DNA of 64,000 nucleotides from Candidatus Latescibacterota bacterium (lineage in GTDB: Bacteria; Latescibacterota; UBA2968; UBA8231). Shown here one piece after another: positions 1-10,685 of the stretch. Numbering within the stretch: position 1 is the first letter of the stretch; each line of letters begins with the position of its first letter. The notes under the pieces were generated by a model. That model made no database searches, was not told where the DNA came from, and saw only the letters and a program-made list of their open reading frames with translations. The translations under genes were made by a program, and so were the position numbers. Location of the stretch: assembly GCA_965206595.1 (NCBI GenBank), contig OZ242214.1, forward strand, positions 5,376,001 through 5,440,000, written 5' to 3'.

Positions 1-1037
1 AGGCGTTCGACACCACGGGAGACTGGCTGCCCGAGGCGACGGTCCAGGCGTTCCGCGACTACCTCGTCGGCATCAAGGGGCCCCTGACCACGCCGGTCGG
101 CGGTGGCATTCGCAGTCTCAACGTCGCCCTGAGGCAGATCCTCGACCTCTACGTCTGTCTGCGGCCGGTGCGGCATTTCGAGGGGGTTCCGTCCCCGGTG
201 CGGCAGCCCGAGCTCGTCGACATGGCGATCTTCCGCGAGAACACCGAGGATATCTACGCCGGCATCGAGTTCCAATACGGCGACGCCGATACCTCCCGGT
301 TCAGCGACCTGATGGGACAGCACTTCTCCGAGCGCTTCGCCAAGGTGCGCTTTCCGCGCACGGCCGCGTTCGGCATCAAGCCGGTGTCGCGGGAAGGCAC
401 GTCGCGTCTCGTGAAGGCGGCCATCGACTACGCCATCGAACGCGGCCGCGACAGCGTTACCCTCGTGCACAAGGGCAACATCATGAAGTTCACCGAGGGC
501 GCCTTCCGCGACTGGGGATACGAGGTGGCGAAGAAGGAGTACGGCGGGGCCGAGATCGACGGGGGACCATGGGTTGCGCTGCAGGTCGACGGTCGCGAGA
601 TCGTCGTCAAGGACGTGATCGCCGACGCATTTCTGCAGCAGATTCTCACGCGCCCGGCGGAGTACGATGTCATCGCCACCCTCAATCTCAACGGGGACTA
701 CATCAGCGATGCCCTCGCCGCCTGCGTGGGCGGAATCGGCATAGCGCCCGGCGGCAACATCAACTACCAGTCCGGGCACGCCATTTTCGAAGCGACCCAC
801 GGCACCGCTCCCAAGTACGCCGGTCAGGACAAAGTGAACCCTGGTTCGGTGATCCTCTCGGGGGAGATGATGTTTCGCCACCTCGGCTGGAATGAAGCGG
901 CCGACCTGATCATAGACGGTCTCGAGCGGACTATCGGCAGCAAGATCGTGACCTACGACTTCGCACGCCTTATGGAGGAGGCTACCGAGGTGAAGTGCTC
1001 GGAATTTGGGGCGGCTATAGCCGGCAACATGGGGTAG
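1..1037 (+). CDS. icd: NADP-dependent isocitrate dehydrogenase (5'-truncated by window edge)
   Basis: Frame is open from position 3 ([22 protein letters not shown]); [45 protein letters not shown] motifs. Confidence 0.97.
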   Translation, partial: AFDTTGDWLPEATVQAFRDYLVGIKGPLTTPVGGGIRSLNVALRQILDLYVCLRPVRHFEGVPSPVRQPELVDMAIFRENTEDIYAGIEFQYGDADTSRFSDLMGQHFSERFAKVRFPRTAAFGIKPVSREGTSRLVKAAIDYAIERGRDSVTLVHKGNIMKFTEGAFRDWGYEVAKKEYGGAEIDGGPWVALQVDGREIVVKDVIADAFLQQILTRPAEYDVIATLNLNGDYISDALAACVGGIGIAPGGNINYQSGHAIFEATHGTAPKYAGQDKVNPGSVILSGEMMFRHLGWNEAADLIIDGLERTIGSKIVTYDFARLMEEATEVKCSEFGAAIAGNMG

Positions 1038-1059
1038 GTCCCCGATTCCATCCGGACAC

Positions 1060-1551
1060 ATGGCGGATTCCAGGCTTACCCACGTCGACGAGGCGGGTCG
1101 CGTGCGCATGGTCGACGTCAGCGGCAAGGATGTCACCGACCGCCTGGCGCGCGCCCGGGGCGAGATCCTCATGCAGGCGGACACGGTTCGCCTTATCGCT
1201 GACAACCGGATCGCCAAGGGGAACGTGATCGAGACCGCCCGTCTCGCCGGCATCATGGCGGCCAAACGTACCGCCGATCTGATACCCCTCTGCCACCCGC
1301 TCAATCTCACCGCCATAGACCTGGAATTCGAGATCGCCGAGGACCGCGTCCGCGTGTCGGCGGAAGCGAGAATTTCCGCCAGGACCGGGGTCGAAATGGA
1401 GGCCCTGACCGCGGTGACCGCGGCCTTGCTGACGATCTACGACATGTGCAAGGCGGTCGATCGCGGGATGGTGCTGTCGGAGGTCAGGCTGGTGGAAAAA
1501 CAGGGGGGGAGCCGGAGCTACCCGGCGTCGGGCACGAGCTCAGGATCCTGA
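1060..1551 (+). CDS. moaC: Cyclic pyranopterin monophosphate synthase MoaC
   Basis: LTHVD..G..RMVDVSGK, LIPLCHPL, TGVEMEAL, IYDMCKAVD. Confidence 0.96.
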   Translation: MADSRLTHVDEAGRVRMVDVSGKDVTDRLARARGEILMQADTVRLIADNRIAKGNVIETARLAGIMAAKRTADLIPLCHPLNLTAIDLEFEIAEDRVRVSAEARISARTGVEMEALTAVTAALLTIYDMCKAVDRGMVLSEVRLVEKQGGSRSYPASGTSSGS

Positions 1552-1621
1552 GCCGGAGTCCCTCGGGGCGCAACGGCGTCCGGCAACGGAGCGCGGCAGT
1601 GGCCCCGGGTTTCACAAGGGC

Positions 1622-2539
1622 TCATTCCAGCAGGCCGGAGACCTTCAGCAGCACTGCCTTCTGGCTGTGGAGCCGGTTTTCCGCTTGCGAATAGATCAGC
1701 GAGCGGGAATCCTCGAGCAGCTCACCCTCGATCTCATACCCCCGATGCGCCGGCAGGCAGTGCATTACCCGCGTATCGAGGCCGCGCAGCAGCTCGCGGT
1801 TTACCTGGAACGGCTGGAACTCCTCGATGCGCCGCTCCTTCTCCGTCGCGAATGCCGGATCGACGAAGTACTCCATGTCGATCCAGGTGTCGGTGTAGAT
1901 AATATCGCTCCCCTCGACCGCGGCGCGCAGGTCGTCCGCGGTCCGGTAGGCACCCAGGTTCCGCGCCTCCTGAAAGAGCTCCTCGTCCCTGGCCTCCGCG
2001 TTGGTTTCGGGGGCGACGACGGTGATTTCCATACCGAGCTTCGCCGCCGCGGCGATCAGCGAGTTGGTGACGTTGTTGTGCACACCCGTGTAGGTCAGGC
2101 GGATTCCATCGAGGCGGCCGAAGGTTTCCTGGATGGTCTGCAGGTCGGCGAGGATCTGCATGGGGTGGTAGCGGTCGCAGCAGCCGTTCATCACCGGAAC
2201 CAGCGAGTTTTCGGCCGTCGTCAGAACGTCCTTGTGAAGCAGGAGACGGGCGACGATGAAATCGCAGTAAGAGGACAGGACTCGCACCTCGTCGCCGAGC
2301 TCCGCAAGGCCGAAGTTCGTGGTCGTCCAGTCGAGGTAAACGGCCTGTCCCCCGAGTTGCATCATCCCTATCTCCCCGGAGCAGCGCGTCCGCGTGGAGG
2401 TCTTCTGAAACAGCAGCGCCAGGGTCTTTCCGGCGAGGAGGGTGCGGTGCCGGCTCGAATCCCGCCTGAGAGCAGCACCTTCCTCGACCACGGCCAGGAT
2501 GTCCTCGCGGCTCCAGTCTTTCAGGGTTACCAGGTTCAC
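1622..2539 (-). CDS. argF: Ornithine carbamoyltransferase-family transcarbamylase
   Basis: STRTR, HPMQILAD, HCLP, QAENRLH motifs; the SMG loop is atypical (DTWIDME). Confidence 0.85.
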   Translation of the reverse strand: MNLVTLKDWSREDILAVVEEGAALRRDSSRHRTLLAGKTLALLFQKTSTRTRCSGEIGMMQLGGQAVYLDWTTTNFGLAELGDEVRVLSSYCDFIVARLLLHKDVLTTAENSLVPVMNGCCDRYHPMQILADLQTIQETFGRLDGIRLTYTGVHNNVTNSLIAAAAKLGMEITVVAPETNAEARDEELFQEARNLGAYRTADDLRAAVEGSDIIYTDTWIDMEYFVDPAFATEKERRIEEFQPFQVNRELLRGLDTRVMHCLPAHRGYEIEGELLEDSRSLIYSQAENRLHSQKAVLLKVSGLLE

Positions 2540-3489
2540 GCCAGTGCCTTCTCGATTTCGCCGATAACCGCAGCAGTGACCGAAGCAAGATCCCCCCGGC
2601 GTCGGCAGCCGGCTGCGCGTTGGTGTCCGCCCCCGCCCAAATGGGAGGCCACGGCGCTGACATCGACTTCGCTCCGCGACCTCAAGCTGACGCGGAACTG
2701 CCCCGGTTTTTCTTCCTTCAGCAGGGCGGCCACTTCGACACCCTTGATCATCAGTCCGTAGTTGACCACTTCTACCGGGTCGCCCCGGTGCATGTCTTCG
2801 TGCGAAAGGTGAAAGAGAGCGATGCGGTCTTCACCCAGCAGCGACAGGGACTCGACGGCCTTGCCGAGCAGCTTCATCTCACCGAAAGAGCAGTTGTTGT
2901 AAATACGGTCGGCGACGTAGTCGAGGCGCGCTCCGCAGCGAATCAGCTGTGCGGCGACGTCGTGGCTGCGGGCGCTCGTCAGCGAATAACGGAAGCTCCC
3001 GGTGTCGAAAAGAATCCCGGTGTACAGCTGTTCGGCCAGCGGCGCATCGATTTCCGCATCCATTGCCGCGTACAGGTGAAAGAGCAGCTCGCACGTCGAG
3101 CTGACATCCTCGGACACGAGGTTGGCAATGCCGAAATACCGGTTTTCCCTGTGGTGGTCGACGTTGAGGATCGCCGTGTCCGCCCCCAGGTGATCCCCGA
3201 CTGAGCCGATGCGGTCCAGCGACGGACAATCGAGGACCACCGCGGCGTCGGCGCCGTTGCCCTCCAGTCCGTCGGCCTGCTGAATTTCGCCGAATCCCTG
3301 CAGGAAATCGAATCTATCGGGAACATCGTCGAGAACGACGGTTGCGGACTTTCCCATTCCGGAAAGGAGGTTGGCCACCGCCAGGCAGCTGCCGATCGAA
3401 TCGCCGTCGCCGTTGACGTGGGAGGTCACGAAGAACGGGCCGGCGCGTTCGAGGAAGGCGATCGCGGCGTTGAAGTCGGTAAGGCTCAC
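2536..3489 (-). CDS. nrnA: DHH-family oligoribonuclease/pAp phosphatase
   Basis: H.N.DGDSIGS, VDHH, DTGSF, VSLRS, GGGGH..AAG (DHH plus DHHA1). Confidence 0.9.
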   Translation of the reverse strand: MSLTDFNAAIAFLERAGPFFVTSHVNGDGDSIGSCLAVANLLSGMGKSATVVLDDVPDRFDFLQGFGEIQQADGLEGNGADAAVVLDCPSLDRIGSVGDHLGADTAILNVDHHRENRYFGIANLVSEDVSSTCELLFHLYAAMDAEIDAPLAEQLYTGILFDTGSFRYSLTSARSHDVAAQLIRCGARLDYVADRIYNNCSFGEMKLLGKAVESLSLLGEDRIALFHLSHEDMHRGDPVEVVNYGLMIKGVEVAALLKEEKPGQFRVSLRSRSEVDVSAVASHLGGGGHQRAAGCRRRGDLASVTAAVIGEIEKALA

Positions 3490-3503
3490 TGGACAGCGTC
3501 AGA

Positions 3504-4310
3504 TCAGTTGGGAAGCCTGAGGACGAAGTGGACCCGGTCCGAACGGTCGGACCCGCGGTGCATGGAGAAGCCGTCGAAGGCAGCGAGGAATTCGAACCGG
3601 CTGGCGGCGACCATGGCGGCCATTTCGTCGAACTCGTAGATCCGCTGCTCGTGTGTTTCGCAAACGCGGCGGTCTTCGTAGCCGATATCGAACGAATTGA
3701 ACTGCACGCGGCGCTCTGCGTCGTAGAAGCTGTGCCGCGTGTAGACGAACCCCGGGCCCTCCTCTGCGTCGCGCACGTCCCGGAAGTGGTCGAGGGAGTT
3801 ACGCTCGGTGCAGATGTCGAACACGAAGACTCCCTCGGGCTTCAGCAGGCCCGCAACCGATTCCAGCGCGGCACCGACCTCCCCCTCGGTCATCAGGTAG
3901 TTGAAGCTGTCGTACAGGCAGGTTGCGGCATCGAACTGCCCGAGACCTTCGAGGCTGCGCAGGTCTCCTGTCGAGAACGGAACCGCAGATTCGATGCTCG
4001 CCGCCTTGCCCTGAGCCACGGCGACCATCGCAGCGGAAGCGTCGACGCCCGAAACCTCGTAGTCCAGCTTGCTGAACTCCAGGGTGACGTTGCCAGTGCC
4101 GCAGGCGAGATCGACGAGGGTTCCGGGTCCGTTTCCGAACTTCCCCAAGAGAGTGTCGACGTAGCCCGCCCAGGAGACGTAGTCCACGTGCCTCATCACG
4201 AAATCGTATATGGCGGCCAGCCCTTCGTAAGGCGGTCTCTGTGGCGTCGCGCCATCGTGGGGGGCGGCTCGCGACACCGGAAACGGAGAGTATTCCGGTA
4301 CTGGGTTCAC
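3504..4310 (-). CDS. Class I SAM-dependent methyltransferase
   Basis: DLACGTG motif I, GVDAS..M, CLYDSFNY, LKPEGVFVFD; start uncertain. Confidence 0.9.
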   Translation of the reverse strand: MNPVPEYSPFPVSRAAPHDGATPQRPPYEGLAAIYDFVMRHVDYVSWAGYVDTLLGKFGNGPGTLVDLACGTGNVTLEFSKLDYEVSGVDASAAMVAVAQGKAASIESAVPFSTGDLRSLEGLGQFDAATCLYDSFNYLMTEGEVGAALESVAGLLKPEGVFVFDICTERNSLDHFRDVRDAEEGPGFVYTRHSFYDAERRVQFNSFDIGYEDRRVCETHEQRIYEFDEMAAMVAASRFEFLAAFDGFSMHRGSDRSDRVHFVLRLPN

Positions 4311-4433
4311 AGGCGCCTTCCCTGAATTACCATCCGGCCGCGGGGACGCATCGGCGAAGAACAGGGGCTGGGGAGGACCGGGCTGCTGCCAGGGGATTCC
4401 CCGGCGAAGGTTCGTTGCTACGAGAACCCTTTA

Positions 4434-4739
4434 TCATGGAAGCGGCTCATCGTCGTCGAAACCCAGGATCTCATCCCGCCTGCGGCGCTCGGTGTGCAGC
4501 ACGCGGACGAAATTCAAGCGCTGTTTTTTCGGCACAGGTCTGGATGGGATCTCGATGATCTCGGCCTCCACGTGCGCATCCTCCAAGTCTAATATCAGCA
4601 CCTCACCGGCCCTGGGCTCGCGCGCCGGCTTGGCGGCGGCCCCGGCGATAGTGACACGGCCCTCCTCGCATACCCGCTTGGCGTCGCTGCGCCGTGCGAA
4701 CAGGCCGGTGTTCTTCAGATAGGCGTCCAGCCGCGGCAT
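4434..4739 (-). CDS. S4 RNA-binding domain protein (Hsp15/RqcP-like)
   Basis: RLDAYL...L..RRSDAK..C..GRV.I.G..AKP S4 signature, 101 aa. Confidence 0.85.
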   Translation of the reverse strand: MPRLDAYLKNTGLFARRSDAKRVCEEGRVTIAGAAAKPAREPRAGEVLILDLEDAHVEAEIIEIPSRPVPKKQRLNFVRVLHTERRRRDEILGFDDDEPLP

Positions 4740-4749
4740 GCCTGCAGGT

Positions 4750-6096
4750 TCAACCTCGCTTCCCGTCCGTGCCCGAGGCCGAATCGCTCCCAGCTTCGCG
4801 CGGGTCCCACAGGAACTGTTCCTCGTCGAGGCGGTTTTCCAGGTGTATTTCTTTCTTGAAATCCTCGATCAGCTCGACCATGAGCTCGTTCATGCGCACC
4901 TCCCGAACCAACCCCTCGAGGGTCGGGTGATCGTCGTTGATCTTGAGGATGTGACCGTCCTCCTCGAGCAGGAAGGGCTGCGATACCTCCCCGAGCTTGA
5001 GATGCCCGATGTGGGGCTGCAGAAACGTTGGAATCTGCCGTGAGTCCAGGATCTGCCAGAGGCCGCCGGCTCTCGCGCTCTGGAGGTCTTCGGAGAATTC
5101 CTTGGCCAGGGGGGCGAAATCCTCCCCCGTCATTGCCCGCTGGCGCAGCTCCGACAGGCGGGCAAGGGTGCGCTCGCGGTCGTCGGCGGTGATGCGGGAG
5201 CGCACGAGGATGTGACTGGCGCACAGCTCGTCTTCCCGCTTCTCGTGCAGGCGGATCAGGTGGAATCCGTGCTTGGTGCGCACCGGGTGCGATATCTCCT
5301 CGGGCTTCAGCTCGAGAGCGGCCATCTCGAACTCAGGCATCAACATGCCGAACTCGAAGCAGCCGAGATCCCCTCCCGCGGCGGCTGTGCCAGGGTCTTC
5401 CGAGTAGATCCTGGCCAGCTCGGAAAAATCACCCCCCGCGTCGATCTCCTCCTCGATACGGGAGATTCTGGCCATCGACGCGGTGAGAACCTCCTGGGAG
5501 GGACTCACCTTGATGTTGATCTGGCTGATCGAAATCCGGAAAGGCAGGGTGTCTGCGTGGGCATTGCGAAACTCCTCGACGTCTCCCCGGGTGATGAAGG
5601 TCCGGTAGGCGAGCTGCCCGAGCATCTGCTCGTAGAGCATGCGGTTCTGGATCTGTTTGCGATAGCGCGTCTTCAGCTGGCGCTCACTGATCCCGGTGCG
5701 TTCCAGCATGTCCTCGAACTCCGCAGGATCAATGCTGTCCTTGATGCGGCCCAGCTCGGCGTTGAGCAACTCGTCGACGCGAGAGTAGTCGATCTCCAGA
5801 CTGTCCTTCCTCGCCTTGAGAACGACGACCTGCTCGTCGATCATCTCGGCCAGGGTGCGTTGGCGGCGCCTGTCGATCTCCTCCGGACCGAGATAAGTCA
5901 ACCCCTGCTGCTGCAGCTCGAGGCTCAGCCTGAGGTTCAGCTCCGACCACAGGATCACCTGGTCGTCGACGACCGCGACGATTCGGTCCAGCAGCTCCGG
6001 AACCGCGTCCGCCGGCCTCGGGGTCCCCAGTAGACTGATCAGGAAAACGGGCAAGGCTGTCGCGAGGAGCAGGTTTTTTCGAAGGGATGCAGTCAT
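4750..6096 (-). CDS. surA: SurA-like periplasmic chaperone/peptidyl-prolyl isomerase
   Basis: Signal peptide, LDRIVAVVDD.VIL SurA N-domain, two parvulin domains (SEDPG...GGDLG, HILV). Confidence 0.88.
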   Translation of the reverse strand: MTASLRKNLLLATALPVFLISLLGTPRPADAVPELLDRIVAVVDDQVILWSELNLRLSLELQQQGLTYLGPEEIDRRRQRTLAEMIDEQVVVLKARKDSLEIDYSRVDELLNAELGRIKDSIDPAEFEDMLERTGISERQLKTRYRKQIQNRMLYEQMLGQLAYRTFITRGDVEEFRNAHADTLPFRISISQINIKVSPSQEVLTASMARISRIEEEIDAGGDFSELARIYSEDPGTAAAGGDLGCFEFGMLMPEFEMAALELKPEEISHPVRTKHGFHLIRLHEKREDELCASHILVRSRITADDRERTLARLSELRQRAMTGEDFAPLAKEFSEDLQSARAGGLWQILDSRQIPTFLQPHIGHLKLGEVSQPFLLEEDGHILKINDDHPTLEGLVREVRMNELMVELIEDFKKEIHLENRLDEEQFLWDPREAGSDSASGTDGKRG

Positions 6097-6139
6097 TGGT
6101 TCGGTTCATTCGCAGGCCTGAAGCCTGCAGCGGTGGTGA

Positions 6140-6955
6140 TCAGTTGACGGAGATTTCCCAGGAGCGCCGGGCCTTCAGTGCTTCGACCAGCTCGTCGAGG
6201 CGGCGCCGGTGCTCTTCGAAAACGATGGTGTCGACGATCTCGGAGCGAACCTGTTCCAGCGCCATCACGCTCCCGGCCGGTTCGTGCGCCAGGACGCGGA
6301 CGAGGTGGTAGCCGCGCTCTGTGCGGATCGGGTTCGACACCTCGCCTGGCGGCAGGTTCCGGCAGGGTTCCCACAGCTCCGGCAGGTCGTCGGCGGTGAA
6401 GTACCCGAGATCGCCGCCGACCATTTTGGTTTCCTGGTCGAGAGAGTTCTCCTCGGCAGCCTTCTCGAAGGAGTCGCCCTGCAACAGTCTCAGACGCAGG
6501 GCGACCGCCCGGCGGAGGTTGGCGAGCAGAATGTGCTGTACCCTGATTTCCGCCTGTGGGCGCTGGTAGTCGTTCTGGTGATTGCGGTAGTATGCGGCCA
6601 CCGCTTCATCGCCGACAACGACGGGGCGATTCGCCAAGACGCTGTCGAGGAAGGAGGCCGCCACGAGATCGCGGCGAGCCTGTTCGATCAAGCGCCGCAC
6701 GTGCGCTTTCTCGTGTACCTTGAGATCGAGCGCTTCCCGGTAAATCAACTCCTGCCCGACCCAGTCCTCGATGAATTGACTGCGCTCGACCGCCGCCAGT
6801 TCCTCGTCGAGCTGATCCGGAAGCTGGTCGGCGAGTTCGGCCTCGGTGAGAACTACATCGTCGACGCGGGCAACGATCTCGGAGGCGTCTCGCTGTTGCC
6901 CGCAGCCTGTGAGCAGCGCCGCCGATATCGAGAGCGCGGCCTGAAACCTCGTCAC
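6140..6955 (-). CDS. PpiC/parvulin-type PPIase lipoprotein
   Basis: Lipobox LLTGC; VQHILL, GGDLGYF, GEVSNPIRTERGYHLV. Confidence 0.88.
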   Translation of the reverse strand: MTRFQAALSISAALLTGCGQQRDASEIVARVDDVVLTEAELADQLPDQLDEELAAVERSQFIEDWVGQELIYREALDLKVHEKAHVRRLIEQARRDLVAASFLDSVLANRPVVVGDEAVAAYYRNHQNDYQRPQAEIRVQHILLANLRRAVALRLRLLQGDSFEKAAEENSLDQETKMVGGDLGYFTADDLPELWEPCRNLPPGEVSNPIRTERGYHLVRVLAHEPAGSVMALEQVRSEIVDTIVFEEHRRRLDELVEALKARRSWEISVN

Positions 6956-9900
6956 ACCAGTTCCTGCATTACGCGTTTTGCCTTTTCAAGGCGTTCCTGT
7001 TCATCGCCGGCGCGCAGAAACGTCTCGATCGTAAGCCGCTCGGCGACGTCGAACTCGAGCTCGGACGAGCTCTTCTCGACCAGACGCTGAATATTGGATG
7101 GGGTGATCTGCACCTCTTCCGGGAAGACCAAGCGGAATCTCGATCTTTCCAGTTGCACCCCCGCCAGGCGCAGCTGCCGCGCCAACACCTTGATTTCCAT
7201 GATGTTCATCAGCGACCTGGCCTGCCAGGGCAGGCGCCCGAAGCGATCCTCCAGCTCTTCCTGGATCGCGAGCAGGTCGACGACGCGCCGGGCGTCGGCC
7301 AGACGCTGGTAGAAGCCGATCTTGAGATCGGCGTCGGATATGTAGTCCTCGGGGATGTAGGCGGTGGCGGCGATCCTGATGTCGGGCTCGACCTCCGGTT
7401 CCACCTCTTCTCCCTTCAATTCCCGCACCGCCTCGTCGAGCAGGCGGCAGTAGAGGTCGAAGCCGACTGCGTGTATGAAACCGTGCTGCTGCGCCCCCAG
7501 AAGATTGCCGGCGCCGCGGATCTCCATGTCGCGCATGGCGATGTTGAATCCGGAGCCGAGGTCGGCGAATTCCTCGATGGCGCGCAGGCGCAGTCGGGAC
7601 TTGCGCGTCAGGCGTTTGCCCTTGGGAACCAGCAGGTAGGCGTAGGCTCGCTCTTTCGAGCGGCCGACCCGGCCGCGGATCTGGTACAGCTGGCCCAGGC
7701 CCAGCATGTCGGGGCGGTTGACCAGGACCGTGTTGACCGTGGGGATGTCGATCCCGGACTCGATGATCATGGTGGTGACCAGGCAGTCGTATTTCCGCTC
7801 GAGAAAATCGAACATGATCTTTTCGAGCTGCCGCGAGCCCATCTGTCCGTGGGCGACGCAGAAACGGACGGCGGGCAACAACTCCTCAAGGTACTCGGCC
7901 AGCCGCTGAATCGACTGTACGCGGTTGTGAACGAAATAGACCTGCCCGCCGCGGGTGATCTCGTGGCTGATCGCTGCGGCGATGCGGTCCTCGTCGAAGG
8001 GCAGGATTTCGGTGTGGATCGGCAGTCTGTCCTGGGGCGGCGTGTTGATCACCGACATGTCCCTGGACCCCATCAGGGACATGTGCAGGGTGCGCGGAAT
8101 CGGCGTGGCGGTCAGGGTCATCACATCGATAAGGCGCTTGATCTGCTTCAGCTTTTCCTTGTGCCTGACGCCGAAGCGCTGCTCTTCGTCGACGACCAGC
8201 AGGCCCAGGTCGCGGAATTCGACGTCCTTCGACAAAATCCGGTGGGTGCCGATCAGAATGTCGACTTTGCCATCCTTGACATCCTTGGCGATCCGTTTCA
8301 GTTCCGTCGCGGTGCGGAACCGGCTCATGACCTCGATGCGGGCTGCGGTCTGCGACATCCGCTCCGAGAAGGTCAGGAAGTGCTGCTGCGCCAGGATCGT
8401 CGTCGGCACGAGAACCGCTACCTGCTTGCCGTCGCACACCGCCTTGTACGCGGCGCGCACGGCGACTTCCGTCTTTCCGTAGCCGACGTCCCCGCACACC
8501 AGCCGGTCCATCGGGTGGGACGCCTCCATGTCGCTCTTGACTTCCTCCACCGCGCGCAGCTGGTCGGGTGTTTCCTGGTATGGAAACGAGGCTTCCAGCT
8601 CCCGCTGCAGCGACGAGTCGACAGTGTAGCCGAATCCCGCCCGGGTCTGGCGCTCGGCGTTGAGCTGGATCAGCTCGCGGGCCATCTTGAAGATCTCTTC
8701 CCGGGTGCGCTCCTTGAGCTTCTCCCAGGCATTTCCGCCGAGCTTGTTGAGTAGCGGCGGTTCCCCTTCCGCGCCGGAGTACTTCCGCAACCGGTCGAGC
8801 TGTTCCACCGGGACGAACAGCTTGTCCTCCCCCTGGTAGAGGACCTCCAGGCAGTCGTGGTCGCGTCCGCTCAGCGTCAGCCTGCGAATGCCCCGGTAGC
8901 GCCCGACGCCGTGGTCGACGTGAACGACGAAGTCCCCGACTGAAAGTGAATCGCGGGAGGCGATCGGTTTGGCAGCCTTGAAGCGCCGGTAGCGGTAGCG
9001 CTGCTTGCGGCGGCTGAAGATCTCGTGATCGTTGAGCACCGCGATGCGGGCTTCCGGGAAGACGAAGCCGCGATGCAGCGTCCCCAGGCCGAAGGCCAGC
9101 TTGTCGGAGCCGTCGGCCAGGATCTCCTCCAGCCTGCTCGACTGGCCTTGCGTTTCGGTAAGGAGGTGGATCTCGTATCCCTGGACCTCGAGGGTCTCCA
9201 GTTCCTTCCGCAGCACGGTGAGTTCTCCCTGTACTACGCGGGGCTCGCGGCTTTCGAAGCGGACGGCGCTCCCGTAGGATCCTACCGGCGCCTGCGTCAG
9301 CCGGCGTTCCGCGGAGATGCGCTGGCGCAGCCAGTCGGCGTCCCGCACCAGCGCCGGGGGCGGCAGTCGGTCGCCGCGGTCGCGGTGTTTTTCGTAGTCG
9401 GCAGCCGAGGTCCTGAGGGCCTTGGCGATCTCGGGCTCGAACTCTTCGGACTCGTCGCAGAGAAGGACCGGGTCGTGGAGGTATTCGAAGAGGCCGTTGT
9501 CGCGGCCGTAGAGGAGGGACATGAAGGTCTCGATTCCCTCCAGGGATCCGCCGAGTTCGATCTGGTCCTTCAGGTGGTCGAGGCTGATTTCGTGGTCCCG
9601 TTCCGCATTCTCGATGGCGCCAGCGTATTGCTCGAACAGCGGAGGGTGAAGCAGGAGCTCGGCCGCCGGCAGCACGCTCACCTCCTCCATCGCGCTCAGC
9701 GAACGCTGGGTAGCGACGTCGAACTGGCGTATGGACTCGATTTCGTCTCCGAAGAACTCGAGACGCAGGGGGTGTTCGAGGGCAAACGGGAAGACGTCGA
9801 CGATACCGCCCCTGACGCTGAACTGCCCGACCCCGTCGACCATCGGGACGCGCTCGAACCCGGAGTCGACCAGATGCGAAGAGAGACTTTCAGGGGTCCG

Positions 9901-10359
9901 CTCCTCGCCGGACCGGAGCGACAGTATCCCATGCTCGAGGGCGTGCGGGGGGATTACGGGGGTCACCAGGGCGGCGGCCGGGGCGACGGCGATGGTGGGC
10001 CCGCGCCCTGCGAGCTGCGCCACCGCTTCGATGCGCAGCCGGGTTACTTCCTCGGAGGGGGAGCCCCCATCGTACAGGGCTACGTCCCATGCGGGGAAGT
10101 AGCGCACCACACCCTCGCCGGCAATGGCCTGCAGGTCGTCGCGCCAGCGTTCGGCGCCGTCTTCATCACTGGTGATAACCAGCAACGGCCGGTTCATCGA
10201 ACGCTGCACGTGGGTCGCCAGGAAGGCTGCCAGCGTCGCCGGCAGGCCGTGCAGAAGAACCTCCTCCTCCCCCTGCCGAAGGCGCCTCACGGTCTCTTTG
10301 AAAGCGGCGGTCAGCGCCGTCTTGCGAGCGATGTGATCGAGGGATGAAGCCGGGGTCAT
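6952..10359 (-). CDS. mfd: Transcription-repair coupling factor
   Basis: UvrB-like module, CarD/RID (VVHVDHGVGRY), GDVGYGKT, DEEQRFG, TATPIPRT, QIRGRVGR, TRG motif; 1135 aa. Confidence 0.98.
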   Translation of the reverse strand: MTPASSLDHIARKTALTAAFKETVRRLRQGEEEVLLHGLPATLAAFLATHVQRSMNRPLLVITSDEDGAERWRDDLQAIAGEGVVRYFPAWDVALYDGGSPSEEVTRLRIEAVAQLAGRGPTIAVAPAAALVTPVIPPHALEHGILSLRSGEERTPESLSSHLVDSGFERVPMVDGVGQFSVRGGIVDVFPFALEHPLRLEFFGDEIESIRQFDVATQRSLSAMEEVSVLPAAELLLHPPLFEQYAGAIENAERDHEISLDHLKDQIELGGSLEGIETFMSLLYGRDNGLFEYLHDPVLLCDESEEFEPEIAKALRTSAADYEKHRDRGDRLPPPALVRDADWLRQRISAERRLTQAPVGSYGSAVRFESREPRVVQGELTVLRKELETLEVQGYEIHLLTETQGQSSRLEEILADGSDKLAFGLGTLHRGFVFPEARIAVLNDHEIFSRRKQRYRYRRFKAAKPIASRDSLSVGDFVVHVDHGVGRYRGIRRLTLSGRDHDCLEVLYQGEDKLFVPVEQLDRLRKYSGAEGEPPLLNKLGGNAWEKLKERTREEIFKMARELIQLNAERQTRAGFGYTVDSSLQRELEASFPYQETPDQLRAVEEVKSDMEASHPMDRLVCGDVGYGKTEVAVRAAYKAVCDGKQVAVLVPTTILAQQHFLTFSERMSQTAARIEVMSRFRTATELKRIAKDVKDGKVDILIGTHRILSKDVEFRDLGLLVVDEEQRFGVRHKEKLKQIKRLIDVMTLTATPIPRTLHMSLMGSRDMSVINTPPQDRLPIHTEILPFDEDRIAAAISHEITRGGQVYFVHNRVQSIQRLAEYLEELLPAVRFCVAHGQMGSRQLEKIMFDFLERKYDCLVTTMIIESGIDIPTVNTVLVNRPDMLGLGQLYQIRGRVGRSKERAYAYLLVPKGKRLTRKSRLRLRAIEEFADLGSGFNIAMRDMEIRGAGNLLGAQQHGFIHAVGFDLYCRLLDEAVRELKGEEVEPEVEPDIRIAATAYIPEDYISDADLKIGFYQRLADARRVVDLLAIQEELEDRFGRLPWQARSLMNIMEIKVLARQLRLAGVQLERSRFRLVFPEEVQITPSNIQRLVEKSSSELEFDVAERLTIETFLRAGDEQERLEKAKRVMQELV

Positions 10360-10598
10360 TAAGGCAAAGAGCAGTCCCTAGACGGCTGTGCCGCCGCGGC
10401 AGGTGCGCCGGTGCGAAGGTGGTTCTGGTGTGGAGTGAGTTGGGGGCTTTGGGAGCGCCTGAGAAACTTGGAAAGATAAAGGGGCCTGGGAACCGGCGCC
10501 AATCCGACGCTTCTGCGAAAGGAGCCGAAACCGAGGTGATTGCAGCAACTGCTGACCAGGTTTGCCGGTCGTTCGGTCGATCCAACCGTGAACGGCCA

Positions 10599-10627
10599 AA
10601 AACTTTCTCACTCCTCCAGGCGTCTAA
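10599..10627 (+). promoter_or_regulatory. Putative ECF-sigma (sigmaE-like) promoter, probably autoregulatory
   Basis: AAAACTT-N16-GTCTAA about 60 nt upstream of the ECF sigma remnant; resembles the GAACTT-N16-(G)TCTAA consensus. Confidence 0.6.
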
Positions 10628-10685
10628 CCCATTGGTCCTGCGGGAAGTCTCGACCGGGACGTCCTGGTTTGTCCATGAGGGTAAG

